Shown here piece after piece: positions 19,398 to 28,609 of a stretch of DNA of 43,394 nucleotides. Location of the stretch: assembly GCA_043779265.1 (NCBI GenBank), contig JAYWEM010000069.1:1-43394 (forward strand), given 5' to 3'. Origin of the DNA: a bacterium. Lineage in GTDB: Bacteria > Eisenbacteria > RBG-16-71-46. The notes under the pieces are model-generated. The model made no database searches. It was not told the DNA's origin and was given only the letters and a program-made list of their open reading frames with translations. A program made the translations under genes and the position numbers. Every line of letters starts with the position of its first letter. The first letter of the stretch is position 1.

Positions 19398-20522
19398 GTG
19401 AAGGCTCTCGTCCTGGCTGGGGGGCGCGGCACGCGTCTGCGGCCCATCACGCACACGCGCGCCAAGCAGTTGGTGCCAGTCGCCAACAAGCCCGTGCTCT
19501 TCTATGGCCTCGAGGCCATCGCGGCCGCCGGGATCCGTGAGGTCGGCATCATCGTCAGCGATCCGCGCGAACTGCTGCAGCCCGATCATCGCACCGGCGA
19601 GCTGGTCACCGTGCTCGTCAACTCGCAGGCCGAGATCCGCGCCGCGGTCGGCGATGGCTCCGCGCTCGGGCTCAAGGTCACGTACATCGAGCAGGAGGCG
19701 CCGCTCGGGCTGGCGCATGCGGTCAAGATCTCCGAGGAGTTCATGGCGGGCGACTCGTTCGTCATGTACTTGGGGGACAACCTCATCAAAGACGGCGTGA
19801 CGCCGTTCGTCCGGGAGTTCGAGGCCGAGAAGCCCGACGCCCAGATCCTGCTCGCCAAGGTGGCGCGGCCGTGGGAGTTCGGCGTCGCCGAGCTCGAGGG
19901 CGAGCACGTGGTGCGGCTCGAGGAGAAGCCCAAGAATCCCAAGAGCGACCTGGCGCTGGTCGGCGTCTATCTGTTCACCTCGTCGATCTTCGACGCCGTG
20001 CGTGCGATCGAACCCTCGCCTCGAGGCGAGCTCGAGATCACCGACGCGATCCAGCACCTGATCACGGCGAAGAAGATGGTCCGCTCGCACATCATCCGCG
20101 GCTGGTGGAAGGACACCGGGCGTGTCGAGGACCTGCTCGAGGCCAACCGCATCGTGCTGGCCGACCTGCAGACGCGCATCGACGGCAGCGTCGATGACGC
20201 GACCGTGATCGAGGGACCGGTCCACATCGGCGCCGGCAGCGTTGTGGAACGCTCCCACCTGCGCGGGCCGCTGGTGATCGGTGCTGGCGCGCGCATCTCG
20301 GATGCGTATGTCGGACCGTTCAGTGCGATCGGCGATGGCGTGACGCTGGCCAAGGCCGAGATCGAGCATTCGATCGTGCTCGATCGCAGCGAGATCCGCT
20401 GCATTCCGCAGCGCATCGAGTCGAGTCTGATCGGTCGTGACGTGGTGGTGACGGCCACCGACATCCGCCCGAGGGCGCACCGACTGATGCTCGGCGACTC
20501 GAGCCGAGTCGAGCTGTCGTGA
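19398..20522 (+). CDS. rmlA: Glucose-1-phosphate thymidylyltransferase (long form with C-terminal left-handed beta-helix)
   Basis: GTG after GGAGG; LAGGRGTRLRP..KQLVPVANKP, LGDN, EEKP, RGELEITD, WWKDTG motifs. Confidence 0.92.
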   Translation: MKALVLAGGRGTRLRPITHTRAKQLVPVANKPVLFYGLEAIAAAGIREVGIIVSDPRELLQPDHRTGELVTVLVNSQAEIRAAVGDGSALGLKVTYIEQEAPLGLAHAVKISEEFMAGDSFVMYLGDNLIKDGVTPFVREFEAEKPDAQILLAKVARPWEFGVAELEGEHVVRLEEKPKNPKSDLALVGVYLFTSSIFDAVRAIEPSPRGELEITDAIQHLITAKKMVRSHIIRGWWKDTGRVEDLLEANRIVLADLQTRIDGSVDDATVIEGPVHIGAGSVVERSHLRGPLVIGAGARISDAYVGPFSAIGDGVTLAKAEIEHSIVLDRSEIRCIPQRIESSLIGRDVVVTATDIRPRAHRLMLGDSSRVELS

Positions 20523-21379
20523 GGATCCTGGTCACGGGTGCGGGCGGCATGCTGGCGCGTTCGCTCGTGCCGGTGTTCGAGTCGCGCGGCAATGCCGTGA
20601 CCGCGCTCACGCGTGCCGAACTCGATGTGACGCGCTGCGAGGATGTGCGCCGCGCCGTGCGCGACACGGCCCCCGACTGGGTCGTGCATCTGGCCGCCTT
20701 CACCGATGTCGATGGCTGTGAGCGCGAACCCGACCGCGCCTTCGTCGTCAACGGCCTCGGCGCGCGCAATGCCGCAATGGCGGCGTTCGAAGTGGGAGCC
20801 GGCGTGCTGGCGCTCTCGAGCGACTACGTGTTCGATGGCCGCGTCCGCGAGCCGAGGCGCGAGCACGACATGATCGGACCGCTCTCGCAGTACGGACGCT
20901 CCAAGCTGGCCGGCGAGCGAGGCGCGCGCGAGGTGAACCCGCGGCACATCATCGCCCGCACGTCGTGGCTCTATGGCGCGGGCGGCCGCAACTTCGTCGA
21001 CACGATCCTCGCGCGCGCCAAGAGTGGGGAACCGCTCTCGGTCGTGGACGATCAGCGCGGATCGCCGACCTGGACGGGCGATCTGTCGGTGGCACTGGCC
21101 GACCTGATGGATCGAGGCGAGTACGGCACCTACCACGTCACCAACAGCGGCGACTGCACGTGGCACGAGTTCGCCGAGGCCATCTGCCGCGAGGCCGGTG
21201 TCTCGGCCGAGATCCGGCGCATCACCAGCGAGGAGTTGGCGCGTCCCGCAAGACGCCCCGCCTATTCGGTGCTCTCCTCGATTTGGTTCGAACATGTGAG
21301 CGGGCGTCGTATGCCGCATTGGCAGGACGCTCTCGCACGCTATCTGCGACAGTCGAATACGACGAGAGGGGGAACCTGA
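20519..21379 (+). CDS. rmlD: dTDP-4-dehydrorhamnose reductase
   Basis: TGAGGMLA, AAFTDVD, SSDYVFDG, YGRSKLAGE, DDQRGSPT, ARRPAYS motifs. Confidence 0.95.
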   Translation: MRILVTGAGGMLARSLVPVFESRGNAVTALTRAELDVTRCEDVRRAVRDTAPDWVVHLAAFTDVDGCEREPDRAFVVNGLGARNAAMAAFEVGAGVLALSSDYVFDGRVREPRREHDMIGPLSQYGRSKLAGERGAREVNPRHIIARTSWLYGAGGRNFVDTILARAKSGEPLSVVDDQRGSPTWTGDLSVALADLMDRGEYGTYHVTNSGDCTWHEFAEAICREAGVSAEIRRITSEELARPARRPAYSVLSSIWFEHVSGRRMPHWQDALARYLRQSNTTRGGT

Positions 21380-22122
21380 TGGCCGTACGCAAGCCAAGGG
21401 AGTTGCAGGGTGAGAAGATGGCGAAACAGGCGCTGCTCGAGTCCGCCGATGCGGTCGCGCGTGTGGCGCGCACCAACGTCCGGGCGGTCGCTGCTGCGGC
21501 CGAGGCGATGACGACCTGCTTCGCCGAAGGTGGCACCGTCTACTTCTGCGGCAATGGGGGCAGCGCGGCCGACGCGCAGCACTTGGCCGCTGAACTGGCC
21601 GGCCGCTACTTCCTCGATCGGCCACCGCTCGCGGCGGTCGCGCTCACGACGAACTCCTCATCGCTGACCGCCATCGGCAACGACTTCGGCTATGACGAGG
21701 TGTTCGCGCGGCAGTTGGAGGGGCTCGGCGGCCCCGGCGACATTCTCGTGGCGATCACGACGAGTGGTCGTTCGGAGAGCATCGCGCGTGCCGTGGAGAC
21801 CGCACATGCGCTCGGCATCGTCGTCATCGGCATGACGGGGAGCCAGGGCCTGGCGTTCGCCGCCGAGTGCGACCTGGCGTTGATCACGCCGCACGCCACG
21901 ACGCCGCGCATCCAGGAGGGCCACATCGTGATGGGGCATGCCGTCTGTCAGATCGTCGAGCATGCCCTATTCGGTGCGCCGGAGGCGGCCAAGCGGAAGA
22001 AGGCGGTGGCGAAGGTCTCTCGCAGCGACTCGGACAAGCGGTTGGCGATCCGTCCTTCTCGCGCCGCGGTCAGTCGCGCTTCGGCCACGCGCCGCTCGGG
22101 AGCGAAGAGGCCCGCGCGGTGA
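21379..22122 (+). CDS. gmhA: D-sedoheptulose-7-phosphate isomerase with basic C-terminal tail
   Basis: CGNGGSAADAQH, TAIGNDFGY, TTSGRS, PRIQEGH motifs. Confidence 0.93.
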   Translation: MAVRKPRELQGEKMAKQALLESADAVARVARTNVRAVAAAAEAMTTCFAEGGTVYFCGNGGSAADAQHLAAELAGRYFLDRPPLAAVALTTNSSSLTAIGNDFGYDEVFARQLEGLGGPGDILVAITTSGRSESIARAVETAHALGIVVIGMTGSQGLAFAAECDLALITPHATTPRIQEGHIVMGHAVCQIVEHALFGAPEAAKRKKAVAKVSRSDSDKRLAIRPSRAAVSRASATRRSGAKRPAR

Positions 22123-23009
22123 TCGGCGCACTCATCAAGGCCCTGCGGCCCAAGCAGTGGACCAAGAACCTGCTCGTGTTCGCAGGTGTCATCTTCTCGC
22201 AGCACCTGACCGAGGGGCCGCTGCTGCTGCGAGCGGCGATCGGATTCCTCGCGTTCTCGCTGCTCTCGGGCTCGGTCTATCTCCTCAACGACCTGCTCGA
22301 TGTCGAGGCGGACCGCCAGCACCCGAAGAAGCGATTCCGTCCGATCGCATCGGGCCGCCTCCCGATAACAGCGGCATGGATCGCGCTGCCCATCGTGGCG
22401 TCGCTCGCCGGAGTGCTGTCGTGGTGGCTCGGAACGGGCTTCTGCGTCGTTCTCGGGATCTACCTGGCGAGCAACGTGCTCTACAGCTATCGGCTCAAGC
22501 ATCAGGTGATCCTCGATGTGTTCTTCATCGCCAACGGCTTCGTGCTCCGTGCCATCGCCGGCGTCGAACTGCTGAAGCCCGTCGCGCCCGAGACGCAGCT
22601 CTCCCCGTGGCTGCTCGTCTGCACCTTCTTCGGTGCGCTCTTCCTGGCGGTGAGCAAGCGCCGCCGCGAACTGCTCAATGCCGGCAGCCACGCGACCGAC
22701 CAACGCGCCGTGCTGCAGGTGTATACGCCCGAACTGCTCGACGTGATGCTCACCGTCTCGGCCACTTCGACCCTCATGGCCTATGCGCTCTACACGATCT
22801 GGCCGGCGACCGTCGCCAAGTTCGGGACCGAGGCGCTGCTGCTCACGGTTCCGTTCGTCGCCTACGGTGTGTTCCGCTATCTCCACTTGGTTCGGGTGTC
22901 CGAGTTGAGCGAAGACCCCTCGCAGGTGCTGCTCTCCGACCGCCCGATCCAGGCCACGGTGATGTTGTTCCTCGCCACGGTCGCCTGGGTGCTCTACCTG
23001 TCCCGATGA
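22119..23009 (+). CDS. UbiA-family polyprenyl-phosphate phosphoribosyltransferase (DPPR-synthase type)
   Basis: LRPKQWTKNLLVF, YLLNDLLDVEADRQHPKKRFRPIASG, KRRREL; multi-TM; GTG start overlapping the gmhA stop. Confidence 0.88.
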   Translation: MIGALIKALRPKQWTKNLLVFAGVIFSQHLTEGPLLLRAAIGFLAFSLLSGSVYLLNDLLDVEADRQHPKKRFRPIASGRLPITAAWIALPIVASLAGVLSWWLGTGFCVVLGIYLASNVLYSYRLKHQVILDVFFIANGFVLRAIAGVELLKPVAPETQLSPWLLVCTFFGALFLAVSKRRRELLNAGSHATDQRAVLQVYTPELLDVMLTVSATSTLMAYALYTIWPATVAKFGTEALLLTVPFVAYGVFRYLHLVRVSELSEDPSQVLLSDRPIQATVMLFLATVAWVLYLSR

Positions 23010-23944
23010 GCCTGCCGCGCCGTGTGGTGGTCGAGGCGCGAGCCAAGCTGAACCTCGCGTTGGCGGTGGGACCTCGCCGAGCCGATGACTTCCACGATCT
23101 CGTGACCGTGTTCCAGTCGATCGACCTGGCGGACACGCTGACGGCCGAGCGGACGAGGGGACGCTTCTCGCTGATGCTGCGCCACGAGGAGGCCGCCATC
23201 CATGGCGCGCAGCGTCGTTCGGCGCGCACACGCGTTCCGGCGGGTGAGGAGAACCTCGTGCTGCGGGCAGGTCGGCTCGTGACCGAACGACTGTCGCTTC
23301 GAGGCGGAGTGCGGTTCACCCTCACCAAACGGATCCCGGCCGAGGGCGGGCTCGGAGGAGGGAGCGCCGACGCGGCCGCAGCAATCGCCGCCGTGCTCAA
23401 GCTGCACGCGAGGCGTCTCTCGATGGAGAATAAGCTCGCGCTCGCCGCCGAACTCGGATCGGATGTTCCCTTCAGCGTGTTCGGCGGTACTGCGCTTGGA
23501 GAAGGGCGCGGAGAACGACTCACTCGTCTCTCGTTGACGCAGCACTTCCGAGCGATCCTCGCGGTGCCGGACTGGCGCGTCTCCACCGCCGAGGCGTTTC
23601 GACGGATAGACCGTTCAAGATACATCTTGACACACTGGGGACATGCCCGCAGATTCGGCACGACCATTCGCGGACGCGGAGTCATCTCTCCGCGTACCAC
23701 GGTCCTGGGCAACACGTTCCAGCAGGTGCTGGGTGTGCATCAGGACGCCTTCGAGTCCCTCTGCGGCAGGATGCGCGCTGCGGGACTGAGCACGCCTCGA
23801 CTCACCGGGAGTGGGTCCGGAGTGTTCGCGTTGGTTCGAGAAGGAGATTCGATCCTCGAAGTCGCAGGCCGCTTCTCGGGGACCGAGCCGCTGTACGCGG
23901 TGAGATCGACGAGTACGGGACTGCGCCTTCACACGCAGCCGTGA
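23006..23944 (+). CDS. ispE: 4-diphosphocytidyl-2-C-methyl-D-erythritol kinase
   Basis: AKLNLAL, KRIPAEGGLGGGSADAAA, LGSDVPF, GRGE, LTGSGS motifs. Confidence 0.95.
   Translation: MSLPRRVVVEARAKLNLALAVGPRRADDFHDLVTVFQSIDLADTLTAERTRGRFSLMLRHEEAAIHGAQRRSARTRVPAGEENLVLRAGRLVTERLSLRGGVRFTLTKRIPAEGGLGGGSADAAAAIAAVLKLHARRLSMENKLALAAELGSDVPFSVFGGTALGEGRGERLTRLSLTQHFRAILAVPDWRVSTAEAFRRIDRSRYILTHWGHARRFGTTIRGRGVISPRTTVLGNTFQQVLGVHQDAFESLCGRMRAAGLSTPRLTGSGSGVFALVREGDSILEVAGRFSGTEPLYAVRSTSTGLRLHTQP
23627..23655 (+). promoter_or_regulatory. Possible internal promoter within ispE
   Basis: TTGACA 23627-23632, 17-bp spacer, CAGATT 23650-23655, in a locally AT-richer part of ispE. Confidence 0.35.
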
Positions 23945-24055
23945 TCCGAGCGGAGGGCATGGAAGCAGGTACGCTCGCGTTCACGCATCCCGCCGTGCAT
24001 ACGTGCGGTAACGAGCCAGCAACCCCTCATGGATGGCTCCGAGGTGAGATCCGCG

Positions 24056-24367
24056 ATGATCGAGATCACCGAGGTACGGGTTTCGCTGAGGAATGACGAA
24101 AAGCTCAAAGCCTTCGTCAGCATCACGCTGAACGGATCGTTCGTCGTTCGGGGACTCAAGGTCATTCGGGGCAATAGCGGTCTGTTCGTCGCGATGCCGA
24201 GCCGTAAGCGGCCCGACGGGCAGCATCAGGACTTGGCTCACCCCATCAACGATCCCACCCGCCGCTACCTGACCGATATCGTGATGGCCGAGTACGCGCG
24301 GGAGTTGGCGAACCCGTCGTCACAGAACCACTCCGAGCCGCAGCAGGAATCGCACAGCTACGATTGA
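24056..24367 (+). CDS. spoVG: SpoVG-family nucleic-acid-binding protein
   Basis: [49 protein letters not shown]. Confidence 0.95.
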   Translation: MIEITEVRVSLRNDEKLKAFVSITLNGSFVVRGLKVIRGNSGLFVAMPSRKRPDGQHQDLAHPINDPTRRYLTDIVMAEYARELANPSSQNHSEPQQESHSYD

Positions 24368-24527
24368 CCTGATTCGCGTCACTTTTCGGCTCGTCCAGCC
24401 CCCGCTGGGCGGGCCGCGTGCGTTTTCAGGTCCTCCTGACGTTCCCCTGCTGCTGGGCCCCGAGTGGCCCGCCCCGCGCCGCGATCCTCGCGTTCTCGCC
24501 GGGATGTGATTCGCAGGGGAGGACCCC

Positions 24528-25943
24528 ATGTCACGCAGCTTCGGATTCCTGTCCGTACTCGTCCTTGTGCTGTTCGCCGCACCCGCTCCGGCCCAGTCGC
24601 CCTCGACCATGAGCTATCAGGGCGTGCTCACCATGCCCGGCGGCACGCTCGTCCCTGACGGGGACTACGCCATCAGCTTCCGGCTCTTCGACGTCGCCGT
24701 GGCCGGAGCGCCCCTGTGGAGCGAGTCGTACGCAACGGTCAGCGTGAAGTCGGGCGTGTTCAGCGTGCTGCTCGGCTCGACGACACCGCTGGCGATCACG
24801 TTCGACAAGCCGCTCTGGCTCGGCATCCAGGTCGGCGCCGAGCCCGAGATGGCGCCACGCGTGGCGCTCGCCTCCTCGCCCTACTCGATGGGGCTCCGGC
24901 TGCCGTTCGAAGGGACGCAGTCGAGCACGTCGGCTTCGTTCACCGTGCGCAATGGCGATCTGGCCTCGCCCGCGCTCAGCGTGGACCACATCCTGGACCT
25001 CGGGACCACGGCGAACGAGGGGTTCCTGCGCGTCATGAAGGGCGGCGGACTCACGGGTGCCGGACTGACACTCGATGACTTCGGCGGCGTCGGCGGCGGT
25101 CAGATGCTCGGCTTCAACGGCGTCGGCAATCCGACCTACGCGCTCCAGCCGGACGCAAACGGCACCGGTGGGTACTTCTCCGTCCGACGCAGTGCGATCG
25201 GCACGGGGTTCTCCGTGGATGGGAACTACAACAACACCGGGGACCCTCGCATCTGGTTCGACGGCAGCACGAACGACTGCGTGTTCAACATGAACCTCAC
25301 GGGCGACGACTCCGTCGTGCTGCCCACCGGCGCGATCGCCAAGACCGAGATCGCCGACGAGGCGGGCATCGCCAGCATCGATGAGAGCGTGTCCCAGAGC
25401 TTGACCGGCGGCATCAGCACGATCCTGACGCGTACGATCACCGTGCCGGAAGCGGGCTTCGTCGTCGCGATCGGTTCGTTCACCGCCGAGATGGGGCACA
25501 CCTCCGGAGTCGGGTCGCGTGTCATCGGAGGCGTCAACATGGATCAGAACCTCTCCTTCAGCAGCATCACCCGGGTGCCGTGGATCGAGGCGAACGCACC
25601 CACCGGTCTCTACATGATCCCGCTCTCGGTCAACGAGGTGTTCTCGGTCACGGCCGGCACGCACACGTTCTATCTGCTCGGCCAGGAGGTCTCGACCGTG
25701 GGGTCCGCCGTCGATGGCTCGCTCACGCTGATGTACTTCTCGAGCAGCTACGGCTCGGTGAGCAAGGCCGGCGCGCTCGCCTCGCAGCCGGGCGAGGAGT
25801 CCAAGCGCGGCCCCCTCTCGGACGCGGAGATCTCGAGCGAGCAGGCCGAGCACCAGCGCGATCGGCTGGATCGCATCCAGCGTGAGCTCGAGTCGATGCG
25901 GGCGGCGATGCCGCAGGCGGAAGACAATGCGCCGCGCCGCTGA
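24528..25943 (+). CDS. Secreted fibre-like hypothetical protein
   Basis: Signal peptide; N-terminal SYQGVL..LWSE..GVFSVLLG..WLGIQVG..PR..PYS module; Gly-rich beta region; C-terminal coiled coil. Confidence 0.75.
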   Translation: MSRSFGFLSVLVLVLFAAPAPAQSPSTMSYQGVLTMPGGTLVPDGDYAISFRLFDVAVAGAPLWSESYATVSVKSGVFSVLLGSTTPLAITFDKPLWLGIQVGAEPEMAPRVALASSPYSMGLRLPFEGTQSSTSASFTVRNGDLASPALSVDHILDLGTTANEGFLRVMKGGGLTGAGLTLDDFGGVGGGQMLGFNGVGNPTYALQPDANGTGGYFSVRRSAIGTGFSVDGNYNNTGDPRIWFDGSTNDCVFNMNLTGDDSVVLPTGAIAKTEIADEAGIASIDESVSQSLTGGISTILTRTITVPEAGFVVAIGSFTAEMGHTSGVGSRVIGGVNMDQNLSFSSITRVPWIEANAPTGLYMIPLSVNEVFSVTAGTHTFYLLGQEVSTVGSAVDGSLTLMYFSSSYGSVSKAGALASQPGEESKRGPLSDAEISSEQAEHQRDRLDRIQRELESMRAAMPQAEDNAPRR

Positions 25944-26502
25944 GGTCGTGGGGGTTCTGGCGATGGCGGCCGCGGCCGCCTTGGCGGCGGTGACCTCGTG
26001 CTCCGGCCCGGCGCTCGCCCAGGCGTCGCTCGCGCGGCAGGTGGCGGCGAACGGGGGTGGGGCGGTGAGCAGCCCTTCTTTCGTCCTTCAGGGGACGATC
26101 GGCCAGGCGGTCGTCGGAGCAAGTGCCGGCGTGACCCAGTCGCTCGGACACGGCTTCTGGGTGCGAGGCGGAGCGGCCGTTCTGGACGTGGACGACCCAC
26201 CCGGCCCCGGCAGGCCGAACCTGCCGAGGACGCTGGCGTTGGGGCCCGCAACGCCGAATCCCGTCCGGTCCAGCACGCGCTTCCGCCTGGCACTCCCGAG
26301 TCCGGCCCGTATCCGATTCGGCCTGTTCGACTTACAGGGTCGCCCTGCCGGGGATCTGGTCGAGCGCGATCTCGAAGCCGGCTGGCACGATCTGGTCTGG
26401 GCGCCGCCCCAGTCGGGGGCCGGACGCCCCGGCGTCCTGTTCGCCTCGCTCGAGGTGGACGGCCGACGCGTGTCGGTTCAGCGGGTGGTCGTCACGCCCT
26501 GA
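25927..26502 (+). CDS. Small secreted protein with FlgD-Ig/T9SS-like C-terminal domain
   Basis: Signal peptide; NGGG..LQGTIGQ..GHGFW motif followed by PNP..FDLQGR..GWH..W C-terminal domain. Confidence 0.75.
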   Translation: MRRAAEVVGVLAMAAAAALAAVTSCSGPALAQASLARQVAANGGGAVSSPSFVLQGTIGQAVVGASAGVTQSLGHGFWVRGGAAVLDVDDPPGPGRPNLPRTLALGPATPNPVRSSTRFRLALPSPARIRFGLFDLQGRPAGDLVERDLEAGWHDLVWAPPQSGAGRPGVLFASLEVDGRRVSVQRVVVTP

Positions 26503-26524
26503 GGGGCCCCGCCTCGCCGCGGGG

Positions 26525-26554
26525 ATCGGGCCGGTCCGAGCGGGCCGGCCCGAT
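26525..26554 (+). terminator. Hairpin downstream of the two-gene insert
   Basis: ATCGGGCCGGTCC / GGGCCGGCCCGAT 13-bp stem (one G-U), loop GAGC; weak U-tract. Confidence 0.45.
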
Positions 26555-26571
26555 TCCATGGGGGGGTCGGT

Positions 26572-26601
26572 TTGACCCAACCTCCCTCATCCCATTACCT
26601 T
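26572..26601 (+). promoter_or_regulatory. Putative promoter for tRNA-Gln/prs
   Basis: TTGACC, 18-bp spacer, TACCTT, followed by a GC-rich discriminator-like GCCCCC. Confidence 0.4.
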
Positions 26602-26689
26602 GCCCCCGTAGTCTCTCTTCCGTGGCCAGCAGCTTCCATCCCGCGCGGCCCAAAGGCCGAACGGTCCGAGACGGATCCCCGTTCGTTGG

Positions 26690-26764
26690 TGGGGCGTGGC
26701 CAAGTGGTAAGGCACGAGACTTTGGCTCTCGCATTCGGAGGTTCGAATCCTCCCGCCCCAGCCA
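26690..26764 (+). tRNA. tRNA-Gln (anticodon UUG), CCA encoded
   Basis: Acceptor TGGGGCG/CGCCCCA, D-loop AAGTGGTAA, anticodon stem CGAGA/TCTCG with loop CTTTGGC, T-arm GGAGG-TTCGAAT-CCTCC, 3' GCCA. Confidence 0.97.
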
Positions 26765-26923
26765 ACGAACGGGGAGGGTGGTGACGGACTCCCGGGTGCA
26801 CCAAGACATCCTCTGCGCCCATCGCAGAGCATGTGCGGAGCCGTTCCATCTGCTTGGGGAGCAGGCGGGGCCTTCCGCGCGTGAGTTCACCCGTCCATCC
26901 GCGCTGTTCCGGGAGGTCTCGTT

Positions 26924-27856
26924 TTGGATCCGTGCCGCATCTTCGCCGGCAATGCCAGCAAGCGACTGGCCCAGGCCATCTGCGAGAAGTTGCGCGTCCC
27001 GCTGGGTGATGTCGAGACCTCGCGATTCGAGGATGGCGAGGTCTCGGTCCGCTTCAACGAGAACATCCGCGGCAGCGACGTGTTCATCGTGCAGTCGACG
27101 AACGCGCCCGCGGATCATCTGATGGAGTTGCTCGTCATGCTCGACGCCGCCAAGCGAGCGTCGGCGAGGCGAGTCACCGCCGTGATCCCGTACTTCGGCT
27201 ATGCACGCCAGGATCGCAAGGACCAGCCGCGCGCCCCGATCACCGCCAAGCTCGTCGCCAATGTCATCACCGTGGCTGGCGCCGATCGCGCGCTGACGAT
27301 GGACCTGCACAGCGCGCAGATCCAGGGCTTCTTCGACATCCCGCTCGACCATCTCTACTCGGCTCCGGTGCTCATCGAGCACTTCGCCCAGCTCGGCCTG
27401 CCCGACCTCACCGTGGTCGCTCCGGACATCGGCAGCGTCAAGATGGCGCGCGCCTACGCCAAGCGGCTGGGTGCCGATCTCGCGCTCGTCGACAAGCGCC
27501 GCCCGAAGGCGGACTCGGTCGAGATCATGAACATCATCGGTGATGTCGAGGGCCGTAACGTGGTGATGTTCGACGACCTCGTCACGACCGCCCGCACGCT
27601 GTGCCAGGCCGCCAAGGCGCTCAAGCACCGAGGCGCCAACGAGATCTACGCCGGTGTCACGCACGGCGTGTTCTGCCCGGGCTCACTCGAGCGCATCGCC
27701 GAGTCGCCCATCAAGGAAGTCGTGGTCACCGACACGCTGCAGCACGAGCCCGGCACGCTGAGCGACAAGGTGCGGGTGCGGTCGGTGAGCGGACTGCTCG
27801 CCGAGGCGGTGCAGCGCATCCACGAGGAACGATCCCTGAGTTCGCTGTTCGTCTGA
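26924..27856 (+). CDS. prs: Ribose-phosphate pyrophosphokinase
   Basis: TTG start after GGGAGGT; FEDGE, PYFGYARQDRK, MDLHSAQIQGFF, APDIG, THGVF motifs. Confidence 0.97.
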   Translation: MDPCRIFAGNASKRLAQAICEKLRVPLGDVETSRFEDGEVSVRFNENIRGSDVFIVQSTNAPADHLMELLVMLDAAKRASARRVTAVIPYFGYARQDRKDQPRAPITAKLVANVITVAGADRALTMDLHSAQIQGFFDIPLDHLYSAPVLIEHFAQLGLPDLTVVAPDIGSVKMARAYAKRLGADLALVDKRRPKADSVEIMNIIGDVEGRNVVMFDDLVTTARTLCQAAKALKHRGANEIYAGVTHGVFCPGSLERIAESPIKEVVVTDTLQHEPGTLSDKVRVRSVSGLLAEAVQRIHEERSLSSLFV

Positions 27857-27917
27857 TTCATTTTTCTCACACGGGCGGCTCGGCCGCTCGAAGCAACGAT
27901 CCTGAGGAGGAGAGGTC

Positions 27918-28604
27918 ATGGCAGTCATCCAGATGAAGGGCGAGCGCCGCGCCGGAATCGGCAAGGGCTTCGCTCGCAGGACGCGCGCAGCGGGCAACAT
28001 CCCCGGCGTGCTCTACGGACACGGCGAGGCGCCGCAGGCCGTCGCGGTGGTATCGCGGGAGTTCTCGAGTGCGATGCGCGCCAACAAGGGCAGCAACGCC
28101 ATCGTGTCGCTCAACCTCGGCGATGCCGAGGTCACGGCGCTTGTGCGCGCAGTGCAGCTCGACCCGGTCAGTCACCGTGTCCTGCACATCGATTTCCAGC
28201 ACGTGTCGCTCACCGAGACGATCCACGTCGAGGTGCAGGTGCACCTGATCGGATTACCGATCGGCGTCAAGGACGGTGGCGGAATCCTCGAGGCGATCAC
28301 GCGCGAGCTGATGATCCGCTGTCTGCCGACCAACATCCCGACCTCGGTGGACGTCGATGTGACGAGCCTCGAGGTCGGTCAGTCGCTGCATGTCCGCGAT
28401 CTGAACATCGAGGGCATCACGATCGAGACGGACGGGGATATCACGGTCGCGACGGTCGTCGCGCCGACGGTCGAGCCGGAGCCGGTGGTCGGTGAGGCGG
28501 GTGCTGCGGAGCCCGAGGTCGTGGGCGCCAAGGGCAAGAAGGATGAGGCGGCAGGGGAGAAGGATAAGGACAAGGACAAGGACAAGGACAAGGACAAGAA
28601 GTAG
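27918..28604 (+). CDS. rplY: 50S ribosomal protein L25/Ctc (long form)
   Basis: GKGFARRTR..IPGVLYG, HIDF, GVKDGG, LEVGQSLHVRDL motifs. Confidence 0.95.
   Translation: MAVIQMKGERRAGIGKGFARRTRAAGNIPGVLYGHGEAPQAVAVVSREFSSAMRANKGSNAIVSLNLGDAEVTALVRAVQLDPVSHRVLHIDFQHVSLTETIHVEVQVHLIGLPIGVKDGGGILEAITRELMIRCLPTNIPTSVDVDVTSLEVGQSLHVRDLNIEGITIETDGDITVATVVAPTVEPEPVVGEAGAAEPEVVGAKGKKDEAAGEKDKDKDKDKDKDKK
28560..28595 (+). repeat. 6-bp tandem repeat encoding a (Lys-Asp)6 tail of L25
   Basis: AAGGAT followed by (AAGGAC)5. Confidence 0.9.
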
Positions 28605-28609
28605 CCCCC

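Noticed and set aside
24368..26775. tRNA-anchored genomic island or prophage
   Set aside because: No integrase and no duplicated tRNA 3' end; the insert lies 5' of the tRNA and no phage genes are present.
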